Below are positions 1 to 7,863 of a stretch of 64,000 nt of DNA, in pieces; position 1 is the first letter of the stretch; each line of letters starts with the position of its first letter. The DNA is taken from positions 91,741-155,740 of the forward strand of contig CACAQC010000001.1 of NCBI GenBank assembly GCA_902534495.1, in the 5' to 3' direction. The notes beneath the pieces were generated by a model. That model was not told the DNA's origin. It did no database searches and saw only the letters and a program-made list of their open reading frames with translations. The position numbers were made by a program, and so were the translations under genes. This DNA comes from an uncultured Candidatus Actinomarina sp. GTDB taxonomy: Bacteria; Actinomycetota; Acidimicrobiia; Actinomarinales; Actinomarinaceae.

Positions 1-62
1 ATTAGAAATAAAAGATAGACTAATTAATATAAATATTTTTAGAAAAATAAAAGGAGCTGTAA

Positions 63-1754
63 ATGTCAGATAATCAATTGATGAGTCTCGCTACGGATTT
101 TTTTCAAAATTCCCTGGACACCTCACCAACATCGGCAATAATGCGCGGACATAAGAAATACTTTGATCAAATAGAGCAACTTACAGTTGACCAATTTGAA
201 AGAGAAGAAGAAATTGTTGATAGCTTTATTAAACGTTTAAATGCTCTTGATCAAAATAAACTTACAAACAGAGAAAAAGTCACTCATGGTATGTTGGAAT
301 TTGCTCTTAGTTCAAACAAAGATTCTCTTCTTGATAGAAATTGGGAATTTGGAGCTGGGGTATCTGGGTTTACAGGATTTTTAATTGATTACAATCAGCA
401 AATGTTTATTCCTGATTCTGAGTCAGCCGATATGATGTTGAAAAGACTTGAATTATACAAAAGACTATATACCCAAATTGCCGAAGTTCAAAAAGTTGGC
501 CTGAATAACAATAGAGTTGCAACAGAAAGAAACTTATTACGTACTATTGATCAACTAGAGAACTATCTAGCTTCTTCTTTGGATCAAGACCCATTACTTT
601 TGGTCAATTTCTCTCCGGAGATTTCAGACACGGAAATATCTGAATGGAAAGATAAAGCAATAAACATTATTGATTCAAATATTAGACCAACCGTATCAGC
701 TTATTTAGACCAATTAAAAACTGACCATCTTCCTAAGGGACGAGGAGACGACAAATGTGGGATTATGTGGATTGATGGTGGAGAAGAGTCTTATTTAAGA
801 TCATTAAGAAAATATACAGGACATAAAGACACAACAGTAAAAGAAGTTCACGAGATAGGTCTATCAGAAATAGAGAGATTAAAAAAAGAATTTTTTGAAA
901 TAGGAAAAAATGTATTTGATGGAGTTGATACGCCCGAAGATGTAATACACAAAATGCAAACAGAACCTTCAATGAGGTATGAAAGCAAAGAACAGATGTT
1001 ACAACTAGCAATTGATACAATAGAAAGGGCCTATAAGCCTTTGGATCAATGGTTTACAGTATTTCCAAAATCTCCATGTAAAGTTCTCCCAGTACCAGCT
1101 GAATCCGAGCAACATGCTCCACCTGCTTATTACTACCCACCTCTACCAGATGGATCAAGAGATGGTACTTATTTTCTCAATACTTATAAAGCAGAAACAA
1201 AAAGCATCTTTGAGGCTGAATCCGTTGCTTTTCATGAGGCTATACCTGGTCACCATCTTGATAGAACCATTGCCGTAGAGTTACAAGATGTTCCAGATTT
1301 TCAGAGATATGTAGCATCAACAGCATTTGTAGAGGGTTGGGGACTTTATTCAGAGCAATTAGCTAACGAAATGGGTCTTTACTCTAATGATGTTCAGCAA
1401 CTAGGAAGGCTAGGAAATGATGCATGGAGAGGCTGTCGTTTGGTGCTTGATACTGGAATGCACGGTATGGGATGGTCTAGAAATCAAGCTATAGAATTCT
1501 TTAAAGCCAATTCTCCGATAGAAGAACTTAATGCAAATATTGAGACTGATAGATATATTGCTTGGCCTGGTCAGGCTTGCTCCTACAAAATGGGCCAACT
1601 AAAGATTGAGAAACTTCGTAGAAAAGCCGAAAATGAACTTGGTGATAAATTTGATATAAGATACTTTCATGATGAAGTCTTATGTGATGGAGGTATAACA
1701 CTTCCGATTTTAGAAAACAAAATTGACTCTTTTATTGCAAAATATAAAAGCTAA
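63..1754 (+). CDS. DUF885-family protein (metallopeptidase-like)
   Basis: 563-aa ORF preceded by an AAGGAG Shine-Dalgarno. It has the motif FHEAIPGHH (HExxGHH) and a C-terminal block WRGCRLVLDTGMH...ETDRYIAWPGQA, typical of DUF885 proteins as I recall the family. Confidence 0.6.
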   Translation: MSDNQLMSLATDFFQNSLDTSPTSAIMRGHKKYFDQIEQLTVDQFEREEEIVDSFIKRLNALDQNKLTNREKVTHGMLEFALSSNKDSLLDRNWEFGAGVSGFTGFLIDYNQQMFIPDSESADMMLKRLELYKRLYTQIAEVQKVGLNNNRVATERNLLRTIDQLENYLASSLDQDPLLLVNFSPEISDTEISEWKDKAINIIDSNIRPTVSAYLDQLKTDHLPKGRGDDKCGIMWIDGGEESYLRSLRKYTGHKDTTVKEVHEIGLSEIERLKKEFFEIGKNVFDGVDTPEDVIHKMQTEPSMRYESKEQMLQLAIDTIERAYKPLDQWFTVFPKSPCKVLPVPAESEQHAPPAYYYPPLPDGSRDGTYFLNTYKAETKSIFEAESVAFHEAIPGHHLDRTIAVELQDVPDFQRYVASTAFVEGWGLYSEQLANEMGLYSNDVQQLGRLGNDAWRGCRLVLDTGMHGMGWSRNQAIEFFKANSPIEELNANIETDRYIAWPGQACSYKMGQLKIEKLRRKAENELGDKFDIRYFHDEVLCDGGITLPILENKIDSFIAKYKS

Positions 1755-2893
1755 GTAAAAAGATAAGTTAATTTTCTCCAAAACCACTCTAAAGGTCCAT
1801 AATTAAATCTATCTAAAAGTATTTTTGACCAAGTTATTTGAATCATCCAGACTAAAAATACAAAGATCATTAATTGTGATCTAGAAAAGGTATCTAAACC
1901 AAATGCGCCTAAGATAAAAACTCCAAAGATTGTCTGAGTAATATAATTCGTAAAGGCTAACCTACCACTTGCTCGCAATCTATTACTTATAGAATCTTTT
2001 AGTTTCAAATTGAGAATTGTCAATAGCCCTGTATATCCCAGAACCATTGGTATAACTGATAGGGTGTTGAAAATATTGCTGATGAAAAGAACAGATGGAT
2101 CATAGTTTGAACTAACTAGTAAGTAGATACTGTAGATAGCCAAAGGTAAACCTACTGAAAATCCATAAAGAGATATTTTTTTATAATATGAAATTTCTTT
2201 TTTACCTTGAATAATATTTAATTTGTATAACAAAAATCCAAAAAGCATTAAAGATATTGCTCTGAAAAATGCTCCGATATACCACCACATGCCAATAAGG
2301 TAGCCCCAAGATTCTGATTCTGGAAACCAAAACTTGCCGTAAGATAATGCACCTCCTTTACTAGCTAAAAGAACCCACTCTTCTTGTGAAATCAAGTTCC
2401 CACTTGAATCGTACAACGAAGAGAAATAATTTGTTATCAAAACAGATGCTGTCATCAAAAAAACTATTGCAGCAAATATGAATTTCGGATTTTCTACTTT
2501 CGGAAATATTATTAGCAAAAAAGCACAAATTGCATAAGGTGCAAGTATGTCACCTTCCCAAATTGAAAGGTGAATAATCCCAAAACAAAATAATAAAAAA
2601 TTTCTCCAAATAGCTAGTGTTTTTGGTTTTGAAGTCTTTTTTTCTGCATTATCTAAAAATATTATTATACCAACACCAAAAAGCATAGAAAACAAACCCA
2701 TCATTTTATATTCAAAAAATACAGATGAAATTACCAAGACTATCCAATCAAGCGAATTCTCAATTCCGTATGTTGATGAATTTGTAGTTGCAGTAAGCGG
2801 AAGGCCAAATGCTATTACATTCATTACAAGTATTCCCAGCAGAGCAAAGCCTCTTATAAAATCGAGATTTGTAATTCTGTTACTAGAGTTCAC
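1751..2893 (-). CDS. DUF418/YeiB-like polytopic membrane protein
   Basis: N-terminal RITNLDFIRGFALLGILVMN and C-terminal GPLEWFWRKLTY are characteristic of the DUF418 (YeiB) family. I prefer the in-frame GTG at 2893 (MNSSNRITNLDFIRG...) to the track ATG at 3037, because the extra 48 aa look non-homologous and overlap a better small ORF. Confidence 0.6.
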   Translation of the reverse strand: MNSSNRITNLDFIRGFALLGILVMNVIAFGLPLTATTNSSTYGIENSLDWIVLVISSVFFEYKMMGLFSMLFGVGIIIFLDNAEKKTSKPKTLAIWRNFLLFCFGIIHLSIWEGDILAPYAICAFLLIIFPKVENPKFIFAAIVFLMTASVLITNYFSSLYDSSGNLISQEEWVLLASKGGALSYGKFWFPESESWGYLIGMWWYIGAFFRAISLMLFGFLLYKLNIIQGKKEISYYKKISLYGFSVGLPLAIYSIYLLVSSNYDPSVLFISNIFNTLSVIPMVLGYTGLLTILNLKLKDSISNRLRASGRLAFTNYITQTIFGVFILGAFGLDTFSRSQLMIFVFLVWMIQITWSKILLDRFNYGPLEWFWRKLTYLFT

Positions 2894-2903
2894 TAAAAAT
2901 ATA

Positions 2904-3122
2904 CTACTCTTCTTCTTCAGAGTAGCTTTTATTGAACATCCAGAGGATTGTGTATGCCAAAGCAAGACCAAAAATATAGAAATTGAAGTTTTCAACTTCA
3001 TTAATTTGTAATCCAAAAATACCATCAATGATTGCAATGAATACTCTTAGAACTATTCCAGTTCCAACCAATCTTATAAAACTAAACTTTTTTAAAAAAA
3101 GAATTATGTTACCTGTGTCCAT
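2904..3122 (-). CDS. Hypothetical small membrane protein (72 aa, two hydrophobic helices, acidic SEEEE tail)
   Basis: ATG at 3122 lies 11 nt after the hspR stop. The translation is MDTGNIILFLKKFSFIRLVGTGIVLRVFIAIIDGIFGLQINEVENFNFYIFGLALAYTILWMFNKSYSEEEE. It fills an otherwise unexplained stretch in a gap-free genome. I recognise no family. Confidence 0.35.
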   Translation of the reverse strand: MDTGNIILFLKKFSFIRLVGTGIVLRVFIAIIDGIFGLQINEVENFNFYIFGLALAYTILWMFNKSYSEEEE

Positions 3123-3132
3123 TAAGTTTATT

Positions 3133-3522
3133 CTAAGTTGTTTTTTTGATTGATTTATTATTTTTCTTAACAATTTCACTTTTATAGCTTTGGTGAATTT
3201 CTCTTTCTTTAATTTTTGAATCAATTCTCTGGGAAGACATTTCTTGTTCTAGAAAGATAATTTTATCCTGCAAATCTTCTATTTTATCTTTCATCTCATA
3301 GATTATTTTTATTCCGTCTAAATTTATACCACGTTGTGACAAATTTTGAATTTGAATTAATTTGTCTATATCTTCCTGTGAGTAACGTCTAGTTCCTCCA
3401 CCAGTTCTAAATGGCTTAATTAAGCCCTTTTGCTCATAAGTTCTTATAGTTTGTTGGTGAATCCCTGAGAGGGTAGAGGCTACAGAAATAAAATAAATAG
3501 CTTTGGAGTCATCGTTACTCAT
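3133..3522 (-). CDS. hspR: HspR, MerR-family heat-shock repressor
   Basis: MerR-type HTH (YFISVASTLSGIHQQTIRTYEQKGLIKPFRTGGGTRRYSQEDIDKL). It is the last gene of a dnaK-grpE-dnaJ-hspR arrangement. The start at ATG 3522 (MSNDDSK...) gives an ATGAGTAA overlap with the dnaJ stop, and the longer track start at 3576 would lie inside dnaJ. Confidence 0.8.
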   Translation of the reverse strand: MSNDDSKAIYFISVASTLSGIHQQTIRTYEQKGLIKPFRTGGGTRRYSQEDIDKLIQIQNLSQRGINLDGIKIIYEMKDKIEDLQDKIIFLEQEMSSQRIDSKIKEREIHQSYKSEIVKKNNKSIKKTT

Positions 3523-4384
3523 ATAAATAATTCCTTGGATTGTCACCAGATTCAAATTGATCTCGATAATTTTCAAGATATTTCTTTGCCGACCTTGATA
3601 AGTTCTGTGGTGGAGAAATAAATACTTTTACAAACAAATCTCCTGGCCTTCTGCCTTGCGGTGCAATTCCCTCCCCACGAATTTTAAATGTTTTGCCACT
3701 AGGTGTGCCTGAAGGAATTTTTAAAGTAACTGATTTTGTTAATGTTGGAATTTTTATACTTGCTCCTAAAGCAGCTTCACTAAAAAGTAAAGGTATTTGT
3801 AAAATTAGATCCATGTTACTTCTTTTAAAATACTTATGTGGCTCTACTGACACTTGTACCAATAAATCACCATCAGGTGCTCCTGCTGCTCCTGGACCAC
3901 CCCTGCCTCTAAGTCTTATTACACTTCCATTATCAACACCTGCAGGAACTTTGATTTTAATAGACTCATTTTCAACGGGAAGAACAACTTCAATCCCTGA
4001 AGCTGCTTCCATAAAAGATATATTTATATTGGTTTGATATGTCTGACCCTTTCTTCTGCCCCCAAAGCCAAAAATATCTCCTAAGTTTTCAAAAATATCT
4101 CCAAAGTCATCAACAGTAAATCCTTGGCTTGTAAAACCACCAAACCCTGAACTACCCATTGTTCTCATTTGGTCATATTCTTGACGCTTTCTTTCATCGC
4201 CAATCACAGCATGTGCTTCTGAAATTTCTTTAAACCTTTTTTCTGCATCAGAATTATTAGGATTTAAATCTGGATGATTTTCTCTAGCAAGCTTTTTATA
4301 AGCTTTTTTAATTTCTTGTTTAGTAGCATTTTGGGGTACGCCAAGCGTGGCGTAAAAATTTTTATCTAACCAGTCTCTACTCAC
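3515..4384 (-). CDS. dnaJ: J-domain co-chaperone, DnaJ/CbpA-like (class II, no zinc-finger domain)
   Basis: GTG start. It has a J domain with HPD (YKKLARENHPDLNP), a G/F-rich linker and two C-terminal beta-sandwich substrate domains. No CxxCxGxG repeats are present in the 289 aa. Confidence 0.85.
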   Translation of the reverse strand: MSRDWLDKNFYATLGVPQNATKQEIKKAYKKLARENHPDLNPNNSDAEKRFKEISEAHAVIGDERKRQEYDQMRTMGSSGFGGFTSQGFTVDDFGDIFENLGDIFGFGGRRKGQTYQTNINISFMEAASGIEVVLPVENESIKIKVPAGVDNGSVIRLRGRGGPGAAGAPDGDLLVQVSVEPHKYFKRSNMDLILQIPLLFSEAALGASIKIPTLTKSVTLKIPSGTPSGKTFKIRGEGIAPQGRRPGDLFVKVFISPPQNLSRSAKKYLENYRDQFESGDNPRNYLYE

Positions 4385-4865
4385 TTTTAACTTTTACCAT
4401 GGCTGGACGAATTAAGTTTCCCTGAAATAAATATCCTTTTCGCAAAACAGCTTGAATTTTTTGAGATTCTCCCTCTCCTGTATGCTCAACAGCTTCGTGA
4501 AGTGATGGGTCAAAGTCTTCTCCAATTTCCCCCACTCCAGTTACTTGCAAGCTTTCTAGAACTGATTCCAGAAGATTATTAAATGTCTCCACTTCTTTTG
4601 GAATTTTTTCTTGCGTCATAGCCATTTCAAAATTGTCTATTAATGGAAATAATGAACTAACAAAATAAGCTACAGAAGCAGCCCCAATACTTTCTTTTTC
4701 CTTTTCAGTTCTTTTTTTAAAATTATCAAAGTCAGCAGCAAGTCTTAGATAATCATCTTTAATTTTTTCAAATTGTGAGAGGGGAACAGTTGAATCATCA
4801 GATTTTGTATTATCTTCAACAGAATTTTCACCAAACTCATCAACAGTAGACTCTTCTTTATTCAT
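4377..4865 (-). CDS. grpE: Nucleotide exchange factor GrpE
   Basis: 162 aa, positioned between dnaK and dnaJ. It has GrpE-like motifs ([18 protein letters not shown] ... FDPSLHEAV ... [17 protein letters not shown]). Confidence 0.85.
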   Translation of the reverse strand: MNKEESTVDEFGENSVEDNTKSDDSTVPLSQFEKIKDDYLRLAADFDNFKKRTEKEKESIGAASVAYFVSSLFPLIDNFEMAMTQEKIPKEVETFNNLLESVLESLQVTGVGEIGEDFDPSLHEAVEHTGEGESQKIQAVLRKGYLFQGNLIRPAMVKVKSE

Positions 4866-6666
4866 CTTCTATTACTTCACCCTCAACAACATCATCTGTT
4901 TCATTGGTAGATTCACTATTTGAATCATCTTGAGTATCAGCGTATAGCTTTTCAGCAAAAGACTGACTAGCTTTAGAGAGCTCTTCAATTCCAAGCTTTA
5001 GATCATTAATTGGTAACTCTTCGTTTTCCAATAATTTTTTTAGTTTATCAGCAGCTTCCGTTATTGACTGTACTTCCTCCTCTGTTGCTTTATCTTTATT
5101 TTCATCAAGCATTTTTTCAGTTGATGTAACCATTCCTTCTGCCATATTTCGGGTTTCAATAAGCTCTTTTTTCTTGGCATCTTCGTTAGCGTGCTGTTCA
5201 GCATCTTTTATCATTCTGTCTATTTCGTCTTCTTCAAGTGCTGTACCACCTGTAATGGTTATAGCTTGCTCTTTGCCTGTGCCTAAATCTTTCGCATTGA
5301 CATTTACAATACCATTAGCGTCAATGTCAAAAGTTACCTCTATTTGTGGTGTTCCAGCCATCGCTGCAGGAATATCAGTTAAAGTAAACCTTCCTAAAGA
5401 CTTATTTCCAGAAGCCATCTCTCTCTCACCTTGCAAGATGTGAATTTCAACCTGAGTTTGGTTGTTTTCAGCAGTACTAAATACTTCGGACCTTTTAGTT
5501 GGGATTGTTGTATTTCTTTCGATCATTTTGGTCATTATTCCACCTTTGGTTTCAACACCCAAAGTGAGAGGTGTAACATCTAACAAAAGTACATCTTTGA
5601 CATCACCTTTTAGCACACCAGCTTGGATAGCAGCTCCAGATGCAACAACTTCATCAGGATTAACTCCTTTGTGAGGGTCTTTACCGGTTAGAGATTTTAC
5701 AAGTTCCTGTACCGATGGCATTCGAGTTGAGCCACCAACTAAAATTACATGATCAATATCTGAAAATTTCATTCCAGCATCAGATAATGCATTCTCAACC
5801 GGCTTTTTAGTTCTTTCAACCAAGTCTGCTGTAATTTTCTCAAACTCAGATCTACTTAATTTTTCAAGTAAATGTTGAGGCCCCGCATCATTAGCAGTGA
5901 TGAACGGTAAATTAATTTCAGTTTCACTAGTAGATGAAAGTTCAATTTTAGCTTTTTCCGCACCTTCTTGTACCCTTTGGATCGCCATTTTATCATTTGA
6001 TAAATCAATACCAGTAGATGATTTAAATTTATCAATTAACCAATCCATTACTCTTTGATCCCAATCATCTCCACCTAGTTTGGAATCTCCCGACGTTGAT
6101 TTAACTTCAAATACACCTTCAGAGATTTCGAGTATAGAAACATCAAACGTTCCACCTCCCAAATCAAATACAAGAATTTTTTGGTCTTCATTGTTTTCTA
6201 GTCCGTAGGAAAGTGATGCTGCTGTCGGCTCATTTATAATTCTTAATACGTTTAAACCAGCAATTTGACCAGCTTCTTTTGTTGCTTGTCTTTCAGCATC
6301 ATTAAAATATGCTGGCACAGTTATTACAGCATCCGTAACATCATCTCCTAAATATGATTCAGCATCTCTTTTGAGTTTTTGTAGTATTCGTGCTGAAATT
6401 TCTTGAGGTGTATAGTCTTTGCCTTCAAAGTTTTGTTTCCAATTAGTACCAATATGTCTTTTGATCGACCTCACTGTGTTATCTGGATTTGTAATTGCTT
6501 GTCTTTTTGCAAGCTCTCCAACTAAAACTTCTTCTGACTTAAAAGCAACAATGGAAGGTGTTGTTCTATTCCCCTCTGCATTAGCAATTACGGTTGGCTC
6601 TCCACCCTCGAGTACTGCAACAACGCTATTCGTTGTTCCTAAGTCAATTCCTACGGCTTTTCCCAC
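4858..6666 (-). CDS. dnaK: Molecular chaperone DnaK (Hsp70)
   Basis: GTG start with GAGAGGA SD. Canonical Hsp70 signatures are present: [31 protein letters not shown]. Confidence 0.97.
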   Translation of the reverse strand: MGKAVGIDLGTTNSVVAVLEGGEPTVIANAEGNRTTPSIVAFKSEEVLVGELAKRQAITNPDNTVRSIKRHIGTNWKQNFEGKDYTPQEISARILQKLKRDAESYLGDDVTDAVITVPAYFNDAERQATKEAGQIAGLNVLRIINEPTAASLSYGLENNEDQKILVFDLGGGTFDVSILEISEGVFEVKSTSGDSKLGGDDWDQRVMDWLIDKFKSSTGIDLSNDKMAIQRVQEGAEKAKIELSSTSETEINLPFITANDAGPQHLLEKLSRSEFEKITADLVERTKKPVENALSDAGMKFSDIDHVILVGGSTRMPSVQELVKSLTGKDPHKGVNPDEVVASGAAIQAGVLKGDVKDVLLLDVTPLTLGVETKGGIMTKMIERNTTIPTKRSEVFSTAENNQTQVEIHILQGEREMASGNKSLGRFTLTDIPAAMAGTPQIEVTFDIDANGIVNVNAKDLGTGKEQAITITGGTALEEDEIDRMIKDAEQHANEDAKKKELIETRNMAEGMVTSTEKMLDENKDKATEEEVQSITEAADKLKKLLENEELPINDLKLGIEELSKASQSFAEKLYADTQDDSNSESTNETDDVVEGEVIEDE

Positions 6667-6697
6667 TTTGAACTATCCTCTCTTAAATTTTTTTTAT

Positions 6698-6901
6698 TTA
6701 TAAACTACGCTCTTGCTCTCTTGGCAAATGTCCTCTTACCCTCGGATAGGAGACAGGTGCGTGAAGAAAACAAAATTTCTTTTTGTTATATACGCTTATC
6801 ACTGTTTCACAAGTATCAAATGCGCATACTCTACCTGTTGTGTATTTTTTTGATCTCCTTACACCAGGCTTAACTTGTGATGCAGTTAATGTTCCGCTCA
6901 T
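6698..6901 (-). CDS. Small basic Cys/His protein (67 aa), putative zinc-ribbon-like; first gene of the dnaK operon
   Basis: ATG with AAAGAGGA SD. The stop lies 31 nt upstream of the dnaK GTG. The pattern C-x4-C-x12-C-x2-H occurs in RVCAFDTCETVISVYNKKKFCFLH. I recognise no family. Confidence 0.45.
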   Translation of the reverse strand: MSGTLTASQVKPGVRRSKKYTTGRVCAFDTCETVISVYNKKKFCFLHAPVSYPRVRGHLPREQERSL

Positions 6902-6940
6902 TGTTTACCATCCTCTTTATCTATGTTATTATATATATAT

Positions 6941-6964
6941 AATCTAAGCATAATTACTTAGATT
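6941..6964. promoter_or_regulatory. Perfect inverted repeat AATCTAAG-N8-CTTAGATT, candidate operator (HspR?) in the dnaK-operon promoter region
   Basis: Read directly: 8-bp arms with an 8-nt spacer. It lies about 40 nt upstream of the small ORF start and just downstream of a minus-strand TTGCAT-N16-TATATT promoter-like pair. Confidence 0.4.
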
Positions 6965-7065
6965 TGTTTATTAATATATCATACTCATAAATTTATGCAA
7001 ATAAATTTTATAAAAAGATAAAAATATACAGTTTTAGAAATTATTGAACCACCTGATACTATTGA

Positions 7066-7863
7066 ATGATGAAAAAAATAGATATTAGTATTCTAGGCCT
7101 TGGTAACTTAGGAACTGCTTTTTTTGAAGGTTTGCATAAAAATGGCAATATAAATTTGCACTTATACGAAGAAAATGAGCAGACAAGGAGGAGTTTACTT
7201 AAATCATATGACACTAAAATACTGCCGAATATTGAAACTATTGATTCTGGAATTTTAATACTGTGCATTAAACCACAAAATATTAAAGACTTTTTTAAAT
7301 CATCCTCTAACAAAATTGGTGAGAATGTACTAATTTGTTCACCTGTTGCTGGGTTAGAAATTGAAACAGTAAATCAATATGTTGAAAATAAAATAATTAG
7401 AATTATGCCTAATTTATTAATCAGAGAAAATAATGGATTTATTCCATTTGTAAAAAATTATGATGGCGACTACTTAAATTTTATTGATATGGGGCTATCG
7501 TTTTTAGGCAACATAGAAGAATTTGATGAAGAACTATTTGCACTCATAACAGCAATATCTGGAAGTGGTCCAGCTTGGTTTTATGAGCTTTCAAATCAAC
7601 TTGTAAATTCAGCCACCAAGCTAGGAATGAATGAAAATGATGCAACAAATTTAGTAAAAGGATTGATTAAAGCTTTACCAAATCTAATTAATGAAGATGA
7701 TACTTTTGATGAACTTGTAAATAAAGTTAAATCTCCAAAAGGCACTACAGAAGCTGGCCTCAATTCGCTTATTGTTGATAACTTTGATAATATTATCTTC
7801 AATGCAATTCGTCAGGCAACAAATAGATCGATTGAAATATCAACTGAATTAAAAAATGAATAA
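7066..7863 (+). CDS. proC: Pyrroline-5-carboxylate reductase
   Basis: N-terminal Rossmann ILGLGNLGTA. The C-terminal signature VKSPKGTTEAGL is typical of ProC. Confidence 0.8.
   Translation: MMKKIDISILGLGNLGTAFFEGLHKNGNINLHLYEENEQTRRSLLKSYDTKILPNIETIDSGILILCIKPQNIKDFFKSSSNKIGENVLICSPVAGLEIETVNQYVENKIIRIMPNLLIRENNGFIPFVKNYDGDYLNFIDMGLSFLGNIEEFDEELFALITAISGSGPAWFYELSNQLVNSATKLGMNENDATNLVKGLIKALPNLINEDDTFDELVNKVKSPKGTTEAGLNSLIVDNFDNIIFNAIRQATNRSIEISTELKNE

Noticed and set aside
3133-3576. Longer track starts: hspR at 3576, the photolyase-related gene at 47644, the CaCA antiporter at 33383, and the MBL hydrolase at 63056.
   Set aside because: In each case the extension overlaps the neighbouring gene or adds non-homologous residues. 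An internal ATG gives the family-typical N-terminus: MSNDD..., MESKFFIILGNQLF, MDILILIFGF and MNKLTLLGTG respectively.
6667-7065. Canonical HspR operator (HAIR, CTTGAGT-N7-ACTCAAG) upstream of dnaK.
   Set aside because: I scanned both intergenic stretches by eye and found no match to the consensus. Only the different palindrome at 6941-6964 is present, and I report that separately as a candidate.
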